DNA from: Lama guanicoe
Taxonomy: Eukaryota
Length of the DNA stretch: 64,000 bases
Reading direction: 5' to 3'
Assembly (NCBI GenBank): GCA_013239625.1
Contig: MU053216.1
Span: 622,001-686,000, forward strand
Under the pieces are notes generated by a model. It was not told the DNA's origin, ran no database searches, and worked only from the letters and a program-made list of their open reading frames with translations. Below are positions 24,461 through 38,700 of this stretch, one piece after another. A program made the position numbers and the translations under genes. Every line of letters begins with the position of its first letter. Position 1 is the stretch's first letter.

Positions 24461-25839
24461 GGAACTTACAGGGTAGCTTGCTGGGACAGCATTGGAGGGT
24501 TGAGCGAAGGAGAGACGTGATCTGATCTGTGGGATGTACAGAAGGCAGGAGGGCAGGGCTGGAGGAGGGTGTTGCAGCCGCTCTGGCAGGAGCTCAGGGT
24601 GGTTTGGGGAGGAGGATCAGGCTGGAGAAATACTTTGCAGGCAGCACAGCCGGTGGTGGCTCGCATCTTGTGGGAAAGGGAGGAGTGGGGAGTGGGGGCC
24701 ACGGTCCTGCCTGAGCTACTGGGTTGAGCCTGCTGCCGTCACTGATGTGAGGAGTGACTTTGAGGGAGGGTTTGGACGGGAACAAGCTCGTGGGGCTGAG
24801 TGGCCCCCGCGGTGGGTGCTGGCTTGTGGGGAGCTTGGGGGCGAGGAGGGTCGGTGTGGAGGTGACACTGAAACCCTGAGCCTGGAAGAAGCACTAGGGA
24901 GTGAGGCAGGAGAGGAGCGCCAGCTCAGGGCCACGTGTACCTCCCTCCAGCATCTCGGAGCCGAAGGGAGGAGACAGAGCGGTTTCTCAGACGCAGGTGA
25001 AGGGGGCTCCCAGGTAGGTCCTGAGTGTCCATTCTTGTAATAGGACGAGAACAGAGACTGTGTGGTAGCTGGAAGGACGGAGGCCGCCGGGAGTTCTCGG
25101 TAGGGAGGAGGCCGTGGAGAGGTCTGTGGGTGGAGGAAACAGACTATTTTTTGAGTTTTGTTCTCATGGGGCACAAAGAAGCAGGCTGGAGGCAAACTTG
25201 GATCATGGGAGAAGCTTCGAAAGCAGTTTCTGTGCTGGTGGGGAGTGTCAGGAGAGAGGGGACCTCGAAGGTGCAGGACACACTGCGGTGGGGGGAGGGT
25301 GCAGATGAGTCACACAGGAACGTGGGGAGGGGACAGTGTTGCCACGTGCCCGGTGCTGCTTGGGGAAGACACGGAGGCAGCCAAGCACAGGCTGGACTGA
25401 AGGGAAGTAACCGGGAGGCTGTGGTCAGAGGTTATGCCTCAGGTCCCGAGAAAAATGCTGCGTGCTCCCCGGGTGACGTGGGAAAACAGGAAATGCTCCC
25501 AGATACGAAGCCTGGCCTCTGAACAGTCAGCAGCAACAGCCAGCTGTCAGAGTTGCTTGAAAACCCAGTAGATTGTCACCTCCAGGGCATCCATCTCCTG
25601 TCCGCAAGGCCACCGTGCCCAGCAGGAGGGGAGACTCTGGTCCTCTACTGGCACGTGACCGGCTGGTGGGCTGAGCTCGGGGCTGCAGGCCAAGCAGAGG
25701 TCCTGAGCCCTTCCCGGCTTCACTGCTCACCCGCTGAGCAGCCTCAGATACACGCCGACCGTTTCTAAGCTGTACTTTGTTTTTATTCCTCAATGTCTGT
25801 ATCTCATTGTATTTGACAACAGTGGATTTTTTTCCTAGC

Positions 25840-26310
25840 ACATGTTTTTATTGAAATATAAAATACATACAGAAAAGTGTGCAAAACACCGTATGTAGAG
25901 TTTCCCGGACTCTCAGAAACCGAACAAGAACCAGAACATGGCGACCGGGGAGTCCCTGCACGCCCCCCCGCCACGCTTCCTCCCCCAGGAACCCTGCCCC
26001 GCCGCCCGCGGGCTAGTGCTGCCTGCTTGAAACTACGCAGTCAGACTGTGCGTGCCCCGCTTGGCCTCACGCCTGTGGGGCCCAGCCGTGCCGTCTGTGG
26101 TGGCTTTTACTTTCACTGCTGCACCGTATCCCTTCGTACGAATGCACCGTGATTATGTCTCACGTCACTGTTGACGGACGGGGGTTGGTTTCAGTTTGGG
26201 GTTATTACAAACAATGCCGTGATGTACGTCTCTGGGTGCACTTACGACTTCATTTCTGTTGGGCGTGCACCTGGAGTGGAATTGCTGGGACGTAGGAGAC
26301 GCATGATGAA
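25840..26310 (-). mobile_element. Old L1M fragment
   Basis: tttttattgaaatataaaatacatacagaaaagtg...ttcagtttggggttattacaaacaatgccg...ctggagtggaattgctgg. Confidence 0.7.
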
Positions 26311-29300
26311 GCTTCAGTTTCTTCGCCTGGAGACAGAGGTCGTCCTCCCCGATCTGGTGTCTCTGTGAGACAGAGGCGCTTGGAGAAGGCCCAGCACAGT
26401 GATGAGAAAACAGCATGCATTTCATTAAGTGGTGGCCCATCGGCATGTCTACTGGAGGCCCTCTCGGAGCAACCAGTGCCGTCTCGTCTTGGGACACTTT
26501 CTGCCTCTGTCCTCCTGACCCGGCCTGTTCGGATTTGGACGCTGCACCAAGACCCGGTCGGACTTCTCAACCCCACGCTCGTCCTTTCCAGGGGTCATGG
26601 CCCCTTCCCATGCTTGGCTGACTTCCCCCGTGTGGACAGACTTCCCAGGGCCCAGGCCTTTCCAGCTCTGCTCAGGACTCCCCCGTTGGCTGTTCTCAGC
26701 ATTGTCCCGGTTCTCAGGCGGAGGCCCCCGTCTCATCACCACAGCCCAGTGGGACTAACTGTCGGTGTCCCTGCCCCCACCCCAAGCCACCTCACACCTG
26801 GAGGAAGTAGATGTGTATGTAACCTCGGCCTGGCCCCCGGGCTGCCTGGGGACCTCTGCACCCTGCCGTATTCCAGAGGTAGCCTCTCTACCAGGCCTTT
26901 GCTCCCTCAGCAGGTGCCCTGGCATCATATCTCACTGAGAAACTTGAAGCCTTCGGGTGAGAATACCTTCGAGTTCTTCTTCTGCTGCCGGAAAACTTAG
27001 AGCCCCAGACCAGAGGCCCTTCCGCTCCCCTCTCCTCTCGCGGAGAAGGCGGACTCCTCGGAGACCCTCGTTCCTTTCACCATCTGTTTTCTCTCTGTCT
27101 GTCTGTCCTCTCTGTCCCTCCTCACCCTGCCTTCCTACTGGCTCTTCCTCTCCCTGCCCCCGCCTGGCTCCTTCACAGAGACCACGGGAACAGCTCACCC
27201 ACGCTGGCCGTCACCATGGACCTCGGAGTGGCCACACTCCTCCAGGCGCTCTCCAGCCCTGTCCTGCGAGCTCTCTGTGTTGGCCGACCTCTGCCGGTTC
27301 TCACGCTCAACGTCGCTGCTCTGTGCTCGCTGGTTCCCTCCTCTCCTCTGCCGCTGTCCTCATCCCCTCCCTAGCCCCTCTGCCGCCGGGGCCCAGACTC
27401 GGCTGTTCTCAGGGCTCTGCCCGTCCGGCCCCGCGGACTCCGTGCCACTGAGTGCTCGCACGCTATCTCTGGCCTAGATCTCTGTCCTGAGTTCTGGGTC
27501 ATCCACAATCCTCGGGGCCTCCTCAGGTGTCTCGACTTCAGCTCGTGTGAGATAAATTAATCATCGCCACCCCACTCCACACTTGCCTTCCCCTGTACTT
27601 TGGTGACTAGAAGGTGACTAACCTCTGCCCGTGTCCTCAGTTCTCTAGGGGACAGAACCTGATGCCTCCACCTGTCCCCCTCCTGCCGCCTGGCTCACCT
27701 CTCTGCTCGGAGGATGCCTGACCTTGCCGCCCACCACCCCGCCCTTTCGTCCACCCTGTCTGACCGTCCACCCCGCAGCTACCAGCGCCTTCTAACAAAG
27801 TGAAATTGTGATCCTGACACCGTCCTGCTCGAGAGCCTTGAGTTGCTCAGCGTAACGGCCCTGGTCCAACCCACACGCCTTCGCACAGCCTTGGGGATCC
27901 TGGGCAATTCAGCACCTCCCTGCCCCTCCAGCTGCTAACACTCCTCTCCTTGACCTCTGGCCTCTGCCGCTTCCAGGCCGGACAGCTGGCCCTGACAGGC
28001 ACCGTGCTTATCCTGCGGCCCCTGTGCCTCCCCTGCCTCCGCTGGCCAGGCTAATCCTCGCCCCCCTGAATTCAGCTCAGGGACAGCCAGTCCTGTGCAG
28101 TGCGCCTCCCCCACCCTGCCCAGCAGGCACGGAACGCGATGTTTGGCATTGTCTGTGCTTCCCCCCAACACCTGAGGGCAGGGCCTGAGCCATCCCCTTG
28201 TCCCTGCAGCGGGCGTGGTGCCCAGCTCAGTTGACACCTGGGGAAGAGCTGGGACGAGAGCCCTGCAGATGAACAGTCTGCGTTTCTCTGCCAGGGCGCG
28301 CTCTGCGGAACCAAGCCCATCAGAACGCTGGCTGAGCGACTGACTCCTCTTCCTCCAAAGAGGCACTACCTGGTCCTGTTCTAAACACATGGGCAAGAAA
28401 GCAACTTGTCGCCTGCGCCGATGCCCTAGGGCTGTCTCCAGAGGCCCAGCGGACAAGTGTCCCCAGAGTGGGTCACCCCACGTGCCCCAGCAGCGGGGCA
28501 GTCCCCCTGCCTGTCCCTGCATGTTATTTAGAAACACGTGTTCTCCAAGTCCTGGCCTGGAGCGCTGGAGACCCCCGTGTTCCCACGGTCAGGGCTCTCC
28601 CGCCCTGCACCCTGGCCTGAGGCGGGGGGGAGGAGGCAGCGGTGCGCTGCGGGAGGTGAGCTGCTCCAGAAACTGACTGACTTTTGTGGTGTGATGGGGC
28701 ACCTCGCAGGTGCTGTCAAACATGGGGGAAAAGAGCGAAAGCGAGAGGAGCCGCGTCACCAGCCACGGCTGTCGGCACCGCCGCGTTGCGGAGGAGGCCC
28801 GCACGTGCTCCCTCCTCCGGTTGAGGTCGCCTGACGCGCCAACACGGATTCACGTGATTTGTCTGCTGCTGCTGCTCATTTGCTGTCACGCGATCGTGGC
28901 CATTTCACGCGTCACTGACGATTCTGAACGTCTCGGGGTCGTAATCATCCATTGTGCGGCTGGGGGAGCCTCTGCCTATATTTACAAACTTTGGAGTAAA
29001 TACACTTTCCAGGTCCCCAAAGGAGTCCCCAGACGCAGGCTCCTTCCCCTGGCCTGGGCGCCCGTCCCCAGAGAGATGGAGCCAAACTCGATAAACAGAA
29101 CCATTGACGCGCTGTTCCCAGCTGAGGCTCGTGGCCAGAGGGGCAGGATAGCTCAGAAGGAGAGGAGAGGCTCCCTGGACGCTGGAGACGGAGGGTCCGC
29201 TCCCAGGGCAGGGGACGTGAGGCCGCACAGGCTGTGCTCCGGGGGCTCGAGTTCCTGGTGCCGGCCCCTAGGCCAAACATGGCAGCCCCGCTCCCCCAGG

Positions 29301-29335
29301 CTGTGTCCTCCTGCAGCACCGTGAGCAGTCGCGCT

Positions 29336-29432
29336 GGGGGAGGGGACAGCCTAGTGGTGCAGCTCATGCTGAGCATGCACGAGGTCCTGGGTTCCATCCC
29401 CAGTACCTCCATTTAAAAAAAAAAAGGGAAAA
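29336..29432 (+). mobile_element. tRNA-derived SINE (Vic-1-like, short)
   Basis: agcatgcacgaggtcctgggttccatccccagtacctcc followed by an A tail. Confidence 0.85.
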
Positions 29433-31004
29433 AGAATTTTTTTCTCTACTTGAAAAGAGAATTGAGGCTGCAGCCTTGAGAAATTCCAGGTGTGGGAGGA
29501 CGTCAAGGAGGGAAGGTCACTGTTGCCTCCTCCTACTTCCAAGGTCCTGTGCTAGAGGCGGCCCTGGTACCGGTTCCTCCCCCAAGAAAAGCAGAGGGAG
29601 AGTGTCGGAGCCCAGCAGCCCCCGGGGGGCCCTCAGCTGTCTCGGGACATCCATCTGCAACCCAGCCCGTCCAGGCTGGATGAGAGGACTGAACGCTGCT
29701 GTCACATCTGGGCTCACAGGCCTCCACACACTCGGCCTGAGGTGCGCTCACATCAGCCGTGCAGGGTGGATGGGATAAAGGAACTGGGGCTTAGCGAGGT
29801 TGCCCAGCAGGTGATCGCGGAAGGTCTCTAACTCCTTCTGACTTCAAGTTAACAGGAGAAGAACCTGTCCCTCAGCCTCCTTTCTGGGCCTCCCTTGAAT
29901 GGGGGCCATGTCTGCTGCACGCCCACCTCGGGGACAGGCGCTGGGCAGGCGCCTGGGCTGGCTGCTCCTGCAGCCGTGCTGTGCTCGAGGTGGGGGCTGG
30001 CCTGGCCCCACCCCTACCCCGGCTCGGGTGCCCCTTCCCCCAAGGGTGGGCCCCAGTCCTGCTCACCACCTGCTCTCTGCAGGAGCCAGGCTGTGGGAGG
30101 GGCCGTGGGCCGTCCCGCTTGCCACCTCCAGGTGATGGGGGCCCCCGCGTGTCTGTGGTCGCACGGGGGCTGTGATTTAGGGCGTTTGTTGCTCATCACA
30201 AGCGGGAACAGACAGAAGGAGGCAGAACCGGTTGTCCTGGGTCTGGTCCGTTCGGGGCAGGACCCCCCCCCCGCGCCGCGAGGCTGCCGAATGCTGGGTG
30301 CGTGGCCGGTGGGGGATGAGCGAGCCGCGGTCTGAGTGTGAGGCTCACACCAGGTCCCCACGACTTAGCAGGAGGCACGAATGTGAAGGGAGCTCATTGG
30401 GAGTGCCATTGTTGGTCAGTTGTTGACGTAATTCAGGGATGGCTTTTAAACATTTATGTTTTATTTTAAAAAGCACAGGGTTTATTGGGAAATCTTGCTG
30501 TCAGCGCTTCCTGCCGTGTGTCCCTAACGCACATCTTCACAGAGAGACGCCAGGCGTGGCGCTGGGTGTGCGCGCGTGTGCACGTGTGTGTGCGCGTGTG
30601 AGCGTGTGCCTGGGCTGCTGGGAAGCGGAGAACTGGCTCAAGGTCGTGTTTAGGCAACGCCTGTCACTCCTGCTCAGCCCCTGAGACCTCAGCACAGACG
30701 TCACTCGAGTTTACCTCACTCGTTTCTCCTTCCTTTTGCAAACGTGACCCCTAGAGCGCTTGCGGTGCCTGCAGAGCTTGGAGCTCCCGCTTCCTCTGGG
30801 TGCCGCTTGTCCACGAGACGGCGTCCCCAGCAACCGCCCCGGCACACAGTTGTTTTGGCCTGGTTTTTTATGTTTTCTGTTCTATAGTCTTTATCCTTCA
30901 GAAATTAAAGCAGGAGGAGGTGAACGCAGCAGGTTAGGGAAGGCTTTGCTCAGTGCGCCCCTCCTGTCATCCTGCATGCGATCAGGAGCAGGATCTCTTA
31001 ATTG

Positions 31005-31710
31005 TCGTTTAGATGTTTACTGAGATACAATTCACCTGTAGCTTTTACCCTTTTAAAGTGTGTGCTTCGGTGGGTTTTTACTAATTCATAAGAGATGCTA
31101 CCAATTCCTCTAATTCCAGAATACTTTTTTCACCCCAAAAAGAAACCCCACACCCACCAGCAGTTCCTCCACAGTCCCCCTTCTGCCAGAGCCCGGAAAC
31201 CACTCGTCTGCTTTCCGTCTCTGAACCTGCCTGTTCCGGGCGTTTCACATACATGGAGCCACAGCACGTGGCCTGTGGCTCTGCCTTCCCATCACGTGTG
31301 TCGAGGTTCATCCTGCCGGCGTGCGCCGTCGTTGCTCGTCCGGCTGAATGGCGTTAATTTGTGCGGTTCACCGCGTTGTGTTTGTCTGCTCAGCACTTCA
31401 TGAGTTTTTGGGTTATTTCCACTTTCTTGTTCTTATGAAAGATGCCGCTGTGAACAACCATGGGTTCGTTTTTGTGCGGACATGAGTTTCTGGTCTCCTT
31501 GGACATACACCCGGGAGCGGAATTGCCGGGTCACGGGGCAGCTCTGTGTTTAGCTGTTCGGGAAGCACCAGACGGATTTCAAAGCAGCTGCGCCATTTAC
31601 ACCCCCGCCGGCCGCGGAGGCGAGCTCCGGTTGCTCCGCGTCCTCACTCGGCCTGTCCTCGTCTGCCTTGTCAGCGCGGCCGTCCCTGTCGCTGGGAAGG
31701 GCGCTCACTG
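31005..31710 (-). mobile_element. L1M (L1MB-like) 3' fragment
   Basis: tttactgagatacaattcac...ccagaatacttttttcaccccaaaaagaaaccc...gagcggaattgccgggtca...caaagcagctgcgccatttacac. Confidence 0.8.
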
Positions 31711-33149
31711 AGGTTTTGCTCAGCTCAGCGGGTTTCACTCTATCAAATAATGTGGCAACTCACTTGCTCTTAGCCCTCAAAGCCCCGTCCTCCTCCTGAG
31801 GCTCCCTTGTCCAGAGTCGCCAGATTTGTTCTTGTGGTCTCAGGGCTGCTTGCACACCTGCGGCCCCCAGGGTTGTGTCTCGAGCCCGGATCACGCTCCT
31901 GAGCTACCGGCCCTCATGGGCACTGACTCCTCAGGCATTTAGACATTGGCTCGGCCCCCAACCACCGTCCCAGCCCCTCCTGCCCCCCCATTCCCTCGTC
32001 CTGGTTTTAAGCCTCGCTGTGTCTCCAGTCCACTGAGCTGGAAACCTCGGGGTCACCTCCCAGTCTTCCTGCTGTTCCCCACTTGACCGAGTCTTACTAA
32101 CTGGCCCCCAGAAACATCCACAGACTTCCTCTCCTCGGCTCACGGGCTCAGCCCAGTGCGGTCTAGGCCCTGCCACGTCCTGCCTCAGCTCCTCTCTGCC
32201 AGAGCTGCCGTCCTAGGTGCAAGCCTGATTGTCACCCCTCAGGGTAAAGCTGTGTGCTCTTCCATTGGCCCTCGTGTGACGCCCACACCCCTCAGTGTGA
32301 AGTCCAGGTCAGGTCTCCTCCCCTCCCGCGACCCTGGGGACAGAGAGCATCTCCACGTCCTTGGACAGGCTCATGTGCTCTGCCCGTGAGCGTCCGCTGC
32401 CCGCCTCCTGTGCCCGGACCAGCCCCCTGAAGGGGCCGCCTGGGCAGCTCGCTGTCCCCTCTTCCTGGCCCCCATCGCATGTTCTCCGGGTCCTGCACTG
32501 TGGGGCTCCCGGCCTCCCCGACGTGAGGCTGTGACATCCTCGCTTGCCCCTCTCCTCCCCTATATCTCTACCTTGCCTCTCCCCTCCGTGGAATGACCAG
32601 ACCCACCTCCAGCTGTCCTGGAGCTTGAAGGAGCTAAGTGCTCAGGCCAGTCCCCAGCTCGGATGGACTTCCCTGTGTGTCTCAGAAGGACAGACCCAGC
32701 CTCTTAGCTCAGCTATGAGGGAGTCCCAGCCCTGTCGCTCTGGCACGGGGAGGCCCGGCACCTTCTTGGGTTCAGCTGCAGGAAGGGAGCTGCGTCTGGG
32801 AGTCGTGGTGACCCCGCCACTCACAGGAGGGAACTTTCTAGAACAGTTTGCAGGTGCCCGAAACCCTGGCAGTGTGGCTCAGGGGTGTCGTTTTATTCCA
32901 GAAGCGTCAGCAGTGGGTGGAGGTACAGTGGAAGCCAGCGATTCCCCGCTGAGACGGCAGGGGAGAGCGGAGGAGGCCCCTCGGGACAGCTCCATGGCTG
33001 GCTCGGCGGGGGTCTGGGAGCTCAGGCTCCCGGAGGCTCCTGGCAGGTGCCTGGGAGCTGTCGTCAGTCTGCCTGCCTGGTGGGCGCAAGCACACCTGCT
33101 GGGTCTGCAGACTGTCTGAAGCACAAAGGGACCATGAACTTTGGGTTTG

Positions 33150-33280
33150 GGGTTTTCTTGTTTGTTTTTAAGTTTTTGGGGGCAGTCAGGTTTATGTATT
33201 AGTGGAGGTGCTCGGGATCGAGCCCAGGACCTGGTGCGTGTAAGCACGTGCTCCACCACTGCTCTGTCCATCCTCCCCAC
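33150..33280 (-). mobile_element. tRNA-derived SINE (Vic-1-like)
   Basis: ggaggtgctcgggatcgagcccaggacctggtgcgtgtaagcacgtgctccaccactg. Confidence 0.8.
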
Positions 33281-35584
33281 TACCGTGAGCTTTCAAACAG
33301 CAGAACCCGGATCCAGAAAGTTCTGGTCAGACGGGGTGATGGGCTCAGTGTAGCAGGTGAAAAGAGCACGTGAGGGGAAGAAGGAGGCTGTGCTCCATAC
33401 GACCCAGGGGCAGAACCGGACCCAGAACCAGGAGGACTTTCCGAGATGGAATCAGCTTTAAAAAACAAGAAAAGGCCTGTCTGCCTCTGGGGACTGAGCT
33501 GTCCGTCCCCGGAGGTGTTCAGGTGCGGCCGACCCGGGAGGCACCCTGTAAGCAGGACTGAGATGTCTTCGTTTCATCCCAGTGGTTGTTAAGTGCAGAG
33601 CGTGAGGCCGGGGCCGGGGCCCAAGTAAAGGCTGGCCCTGGCCCTCCCGCCGCCCCCGTCCCGTCCGGGCGCAGAGCAGAGCAGGCAGCGCTCGGCCGGC
33701 CGTGGGCCCGGGGTAGCTGCGGGTCTGCGAGGGGCCCTGGGCCAGGCGCTGACGGCCACCGGCGGAAGCGGTCCGGCTGACGCGAGGCGAGGCCGTGGCA
33801 CAGCTGTCGCTCTTCACAGTTTCTGCCTTGCACAGAAACATGCTGACGAATGTGTGCAGGAAACCATACACCTGGGCTTTGCCCCGGGGTAACGGAGGGC
33901 GGAAGAACACGGGTGGGAGGTGTCTGTGCCTGAGGAGCTGGCCTTGGGGCCTTGAGGTCCCCATGCCGCTTTCCCTGGTTTGGTGCACAGTTGAAGTTCC
34001 CCACAGTAGAGTTAGGAGGAGAGTGAGGAGTTGGGCAGACGGGGGGCAGGACACTCTCAGGTGCAGGGATACAGTCCCCACGAGGGCAGCCAGGCCGCAG
34101 AGAGCGCACGCGTGTCCCACTTGGTGACCGGAGTGCAGGCAGGACACGGGCTTCGTCCCGAGAGCCTGGGGGCTGCTGACCAGACGGACATTTCAGAGCG
34201 AGGGTGTGGGCTATGGTGCGCAGTAGGCTCAAAGAGAGAAGGGAGACAGGGCTGGGGGCCAGTCAGGAAGGTGGGTGGAGGCGGGTGGCCAGGGAGCAGG
34301 AGGAGCAAAGACTGCCGTCCCGAGTCCAGGTCCCCACTGGAGACAGAGGAGGCAGAGGGCTGAGCTCCGCTCCTGTTTCTCTGTTCAGCCTGGGCCTGGC
34401 TGCAGTCTTCAGGACCCGCTGCGGAACAGACACGTGGGGCCCCTTGTTCAAACACCTCTAAGCCCTTCAAGAGCGGGCAGCAGAGCCTGACACCGAGCGC
34501 CGGCCCCCCTGCGTGTGGGGCCCCGAGCAGAGCCCAGTGCTGCCCAGGCCGGCGCGGCCCCGGGAAGAGGACAGCATGTCCCTCCTGCCACCCCTGGGAC
34601 CTAGTGGGACCCGGCGCTGCTGGGGACAGACGGCTTCCACGTCAGGGCTCTCTGCAGGGCCTCCACGCTGGCCGGGCCGTGTCTGCCTGGGGGTCTGGGG
34701 CACGGGAGAGGGCAGAGCGCCCCCCAGACTTGTGTCTACAGAGCGCTTCCCCAGTTTCTCCAAAAATGGGGTTTGCCGCACACTTCCCAGGATGAGTCAC
34801 CCGACCCGGCGGCCAAGACTTAGGTCTGCAGGGAGCACTGGGGCCAAGTCTCCGTCCACCCTGAGCCCTCCTGCCCTGGACAAGGCTTCCCCACAGCCTC
34901 CCAGCTGCCCATGTCGGCCTGGCCGGTGCAGGCCCAGGGCAGTCGTGACCGGCGCCGGGTGACAGCGGACAGGCCCCCTCCCGTCTCGGTACTGCGCCCG
35001 CTGCCTGGTCTCCTTCCCCTGGGTGACACTTGACGTCCCTTCACAAGAAGGCCTTGCCCTCAGACTCCACGCAGTCCGGTGGCCGAGTCTGGTGACACGT
35101 TCGGTGCAGGGGCCCAGCCACCAAGTCTGCACTTTATCGACTTTTCTGGAAGACGCTTCCCCCGCTTCACTCACGGGGCAGAGCAGGTACGGAGGTGGCC
35201 TGGCCTCGCGCTGGACTGCAGTGGTGTCCTGGTCCCGGGCTCACTTAGCTCTGCCCTGCCTTGTCCACCCCTCCGCCCCCAGAGCCTGGGAGGTGAGGTG
35301 CACGTCTCTGTCCACACCGGAGTTGGAGGCTGTGCCGAGACCCTCCGGCCCCTCTGCTGGGCCCGGACGTTCACGAAGTGCTGGCTTTGCGGTCGAGATG
35401 CCGGATCCGACTGAGCCAGGGGCTGGGCTCCAGGGCAGGTCCCTGCGCGAGACCGGGAGCCACCACCCCCTCCTCAGTCCCCGTCCGGCCCTTGTCGCCG
35501 CCACTGGCCTGAGGGGTCTTGGTGTGTTCGTTTTGTTTCCCTTTTTGTTGCTATGAAACTGAAGTTTTAAAAGACAGTTTTTTT

Positions 35585-35705
35585 GGGGGGGAGGGTACAG
35601 CGCAGTGGTAGAGTGCGTGCCTGGCATGCATGCGGTCCTGGATTTAATCCCCAGTACCTATCAAAAACGAACCTAATTACCCCCCCCAAAAAAAGTTTAA
35701 AAAAA
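35585..35705 (+). mobile_element. tRNA-derived SINE (Vic-1-like)
   Basis: ggggagggtacagcgcagtggtagagtgcgtgcct...aatccccagtacct...aacctaattacccccccc followed by an A tail. Confidence 0.88.
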
Positions 35706-38700
35706 GATAATTTTTTAAATGAAACAAGTTTTGTTTTTTTTCTGATTATAAAAATAATTCGGACATTATATATCTGGGGGAAGAAATAAAATCCAGATGA
35801 ATTAAAGATCTACGCTAAGCGCTCTCAAGGCTAAAACTTAGGGTCAGAGTTTACCGGGACAGGAGAGGACAAGCTAAGTAGTCAGACCATCAGTGCAGAA
35901 GCCCAGAGTCTGGTTCCCGCAAGAACCAGGAGTAGCCAGCAGGGGGGGAGTGGGGGCTTGTGTGAAGGACTTCGAGGGAGGAGGGGGCAGGGGGTCCTGG
36001 CTTGGCCGAGCAGGGGTGGCCCTGGGGAGCCGCCTGGAGGTTTCCGGGACGGGGGTGAGTCGGCAGATCTGCACTCCAGGAGGATCCCGAAGGCTGCGGT
36101 GGGAGGCTGTCCTGTGGAGTTCAGGCCTGTTAGAGGCGGTTGCAGTGACCAGGGAGAGGTGTGAGCGCTTGGACCAAGGGAGCATCGGAGACGTTGGGAG
36201 AAGAGTGTTGAGGATGTAGGTCATCTGCGTGTAGGAGACATAGGAATAAAACTTTCTTTTATGAAACAGGTTGATTTCACAGCCGCCCCCCAACCCCTTG
36301 GGCTGGAGGAGGAGTGAGGGCAGAGGGGTCCACGTGCCCCACCACGGGCTACTCTCGCCCTTGCTCATCAGGGCTTCTGATTTGAGCCACTGGCCTGGGG
36401 GCCCACCTGCTCCGAGGAGGGCGGGGATGCCCAGCCCTCTTCAGGAGCCCTGGCCCCCCACGCTGCCCTGATCTGCCGGCCTCCACAGTCTCAGGGTGGG
36501 GGCCGGGGCTGGCTCAGGCCGCAGCAGAGCAAGGACTCTGCCCTTCTGCAGTATGTGCCGGCAGAGCACCCATTCCCGCCACGTCGGCCTCAGGGTTGGT
36601 TTACTCGGCACTCAGTCATCTGTGCACAGCTCCATGTGCTCAGACCCTCCCCGTCTCCATCCTTCCAGCTTCTGGCTTCACCTGTGAGCTGTCCACTCTT
36701 CCCTTCATCTGCCCAGCTGACCACTTGCAAGGCCCTATGCTGTCCTCTGGGGACCCAGTGGATCGGGGAATCACTTTGTGCCCGCAGCCCCATGGGGGAG
36801 AGGGACCAGGGCCGAGTGGTGGGGGCACCGGTGGGGAGGGGCGCAGGGGGGCATCGGAGGTGACTTTCCAGAGCAGACCATGCCTGAAGCTCACGCGGAC
36901 CCTGAGTGGAAGGTAGGGGGAGCTGCTTAGGGGAGGCTGGGAAACGGGGCCTGCTCTGCCCGCTCTGCCCCTCACCCACGTCCTGGCCCTGACGGTCCTT
37001 CAGGATCAGCTGGAGCGTCTGTGCCTTTGGACGGTGCTCCCTCCCTTCCCGAGGGGCTCTGCTCCCGGTCACCTCCGCCGGCAAACCCGCCGGGTTCTTG
37101 CTCCTGTCCAGCCAGTCTCTGCTCCTCATGCGCTGGGGTCGCCCTACCCTTTGGGTTAATTTTTCCAAGCCGGGCTGACTTCTAAGCCTCCCTCTACTTC
37201 ACTTTTGACCCCAAACTTAAACACACAGGCCCTTTGAATTTTGGGGTCTCGTTGCCAAGCAAGGTAGGAAAACTGCAGTGGGGATAGGAAAGCCTTGCAG
37301 GGCTGCGCAGAGGCTGGGTGACAGATCCGCTCCTGCTCAGGTGCAGCTCGGACGTGGCGTGCTTCTGACCTCGGGTTCCTTTCCTCGAGGCTGTTCCCCC
37401 CCAGCCTGCCTTAGCAGAAGCCCCGGAGCCCCTCCCCGAGCCTGGACGTGAAATCCAAGGAACGGGTCGCCACCTCCCTGCCTGGCTTGGGGAGAGTCAC
37501 GCCCTGCCTCTCTCTGCATCCCCAGGGCTGAGCCTGGGGCCTGGGGCCGAGCTGTGCCTCCATGCGTGTCCCAAGGACCAGATGCCCAAGTTGCAAACAT
37601 CAGATGTGCACCACGCGCTTTGCCAGGAGCTCCCGGCTTAGCCGTGATAAAGGGAAGGGCAGTGAAGAGGGGGTGTCAGAGCCCGGGAGATCTGAGCCTG
37701 CCTGTCAGCCCCCCACTTCCATCCACCGCACTGTCTGCAGAGCAGACAGGGTGTTAACATGGACCCCCAGGAGCCACTTGAGTTCGCTGTCCTCGAGGTG
37801 TTGAGTCCTCAGTGCTTTACCTCTGAGATGCTGTGATAATGCGACAGTCATTAAGGGCAGATACAGGCTCAGAGGGACAGGGAAAGGCCGCCCATGAGAC
37901 ACAAGGGAAGGTCATCGCATGTGAGGCCTCCCTCAGCCCCAAGCCTTCTCCTGCTGAGCCTAGAGCCCAGCACGCTCTGCCCACTGGGACAGACGGACAG
38001 GCAGAGCACTGAGGAGTCACTGGACAGACGGCCTGTGTCAAACCCTCAGTGCCCAGTAAGCCCTGGATGGGTGGAGCTGTCACTAACACCTCATCTCTGT
38101 GCTGGGCGACGAGGGGCTCTGGACAGGCGTCCTGGCGGAGGCAGTAAGGTGGAAAGTAGAGAAAGGTTCAGACCCTGGAGCCCGAGCCCCTGCGTCCTCA
38201 GGAGCAGCTTCGAGGCTTGGGGCTTCAGCTCCTTTTGGTCTAAGTGGGGACAGTGGGGCTGGGGGCGTGGGCACTGACCGTGAAGTGCTCACCTGGCTAG
38301 CAGCTGCTGGCTGGACAGGTGGGGGGTCTGAGGCTCCCTGGTTGGGGGTGTTGGGGGAGGAGGCAGACGGTGCCCTTCACAGACATGCCCGAAGCCGCAA
38401 AGTGACCCCTGTTTTGCACCTTCTCTGTTTCCTCACTGGCACGAGGGACTGTGGGTCTGTCTTGCTGCCATCCTGGACCTGCGTCCCCAGACCCGGGCTG
38501 GCCTGTCCCCACCCCGCAGCGGTGCACAGGCTGGGGTAGACAGGTGGCGAGGACGCTGCAGGCACGGCCTCTCGGCGCCTTGATGTTGACCCCTCCGCTC
38601 AGAGCTCACCGTGCGCACGTCCTGGGTGCCAGGCAGGCTGGAGGCTCTCTTTGGGGGGATGAAGGGCACAGCCTGCAGCCCAGCTTGTGGTGGTCGTGGG

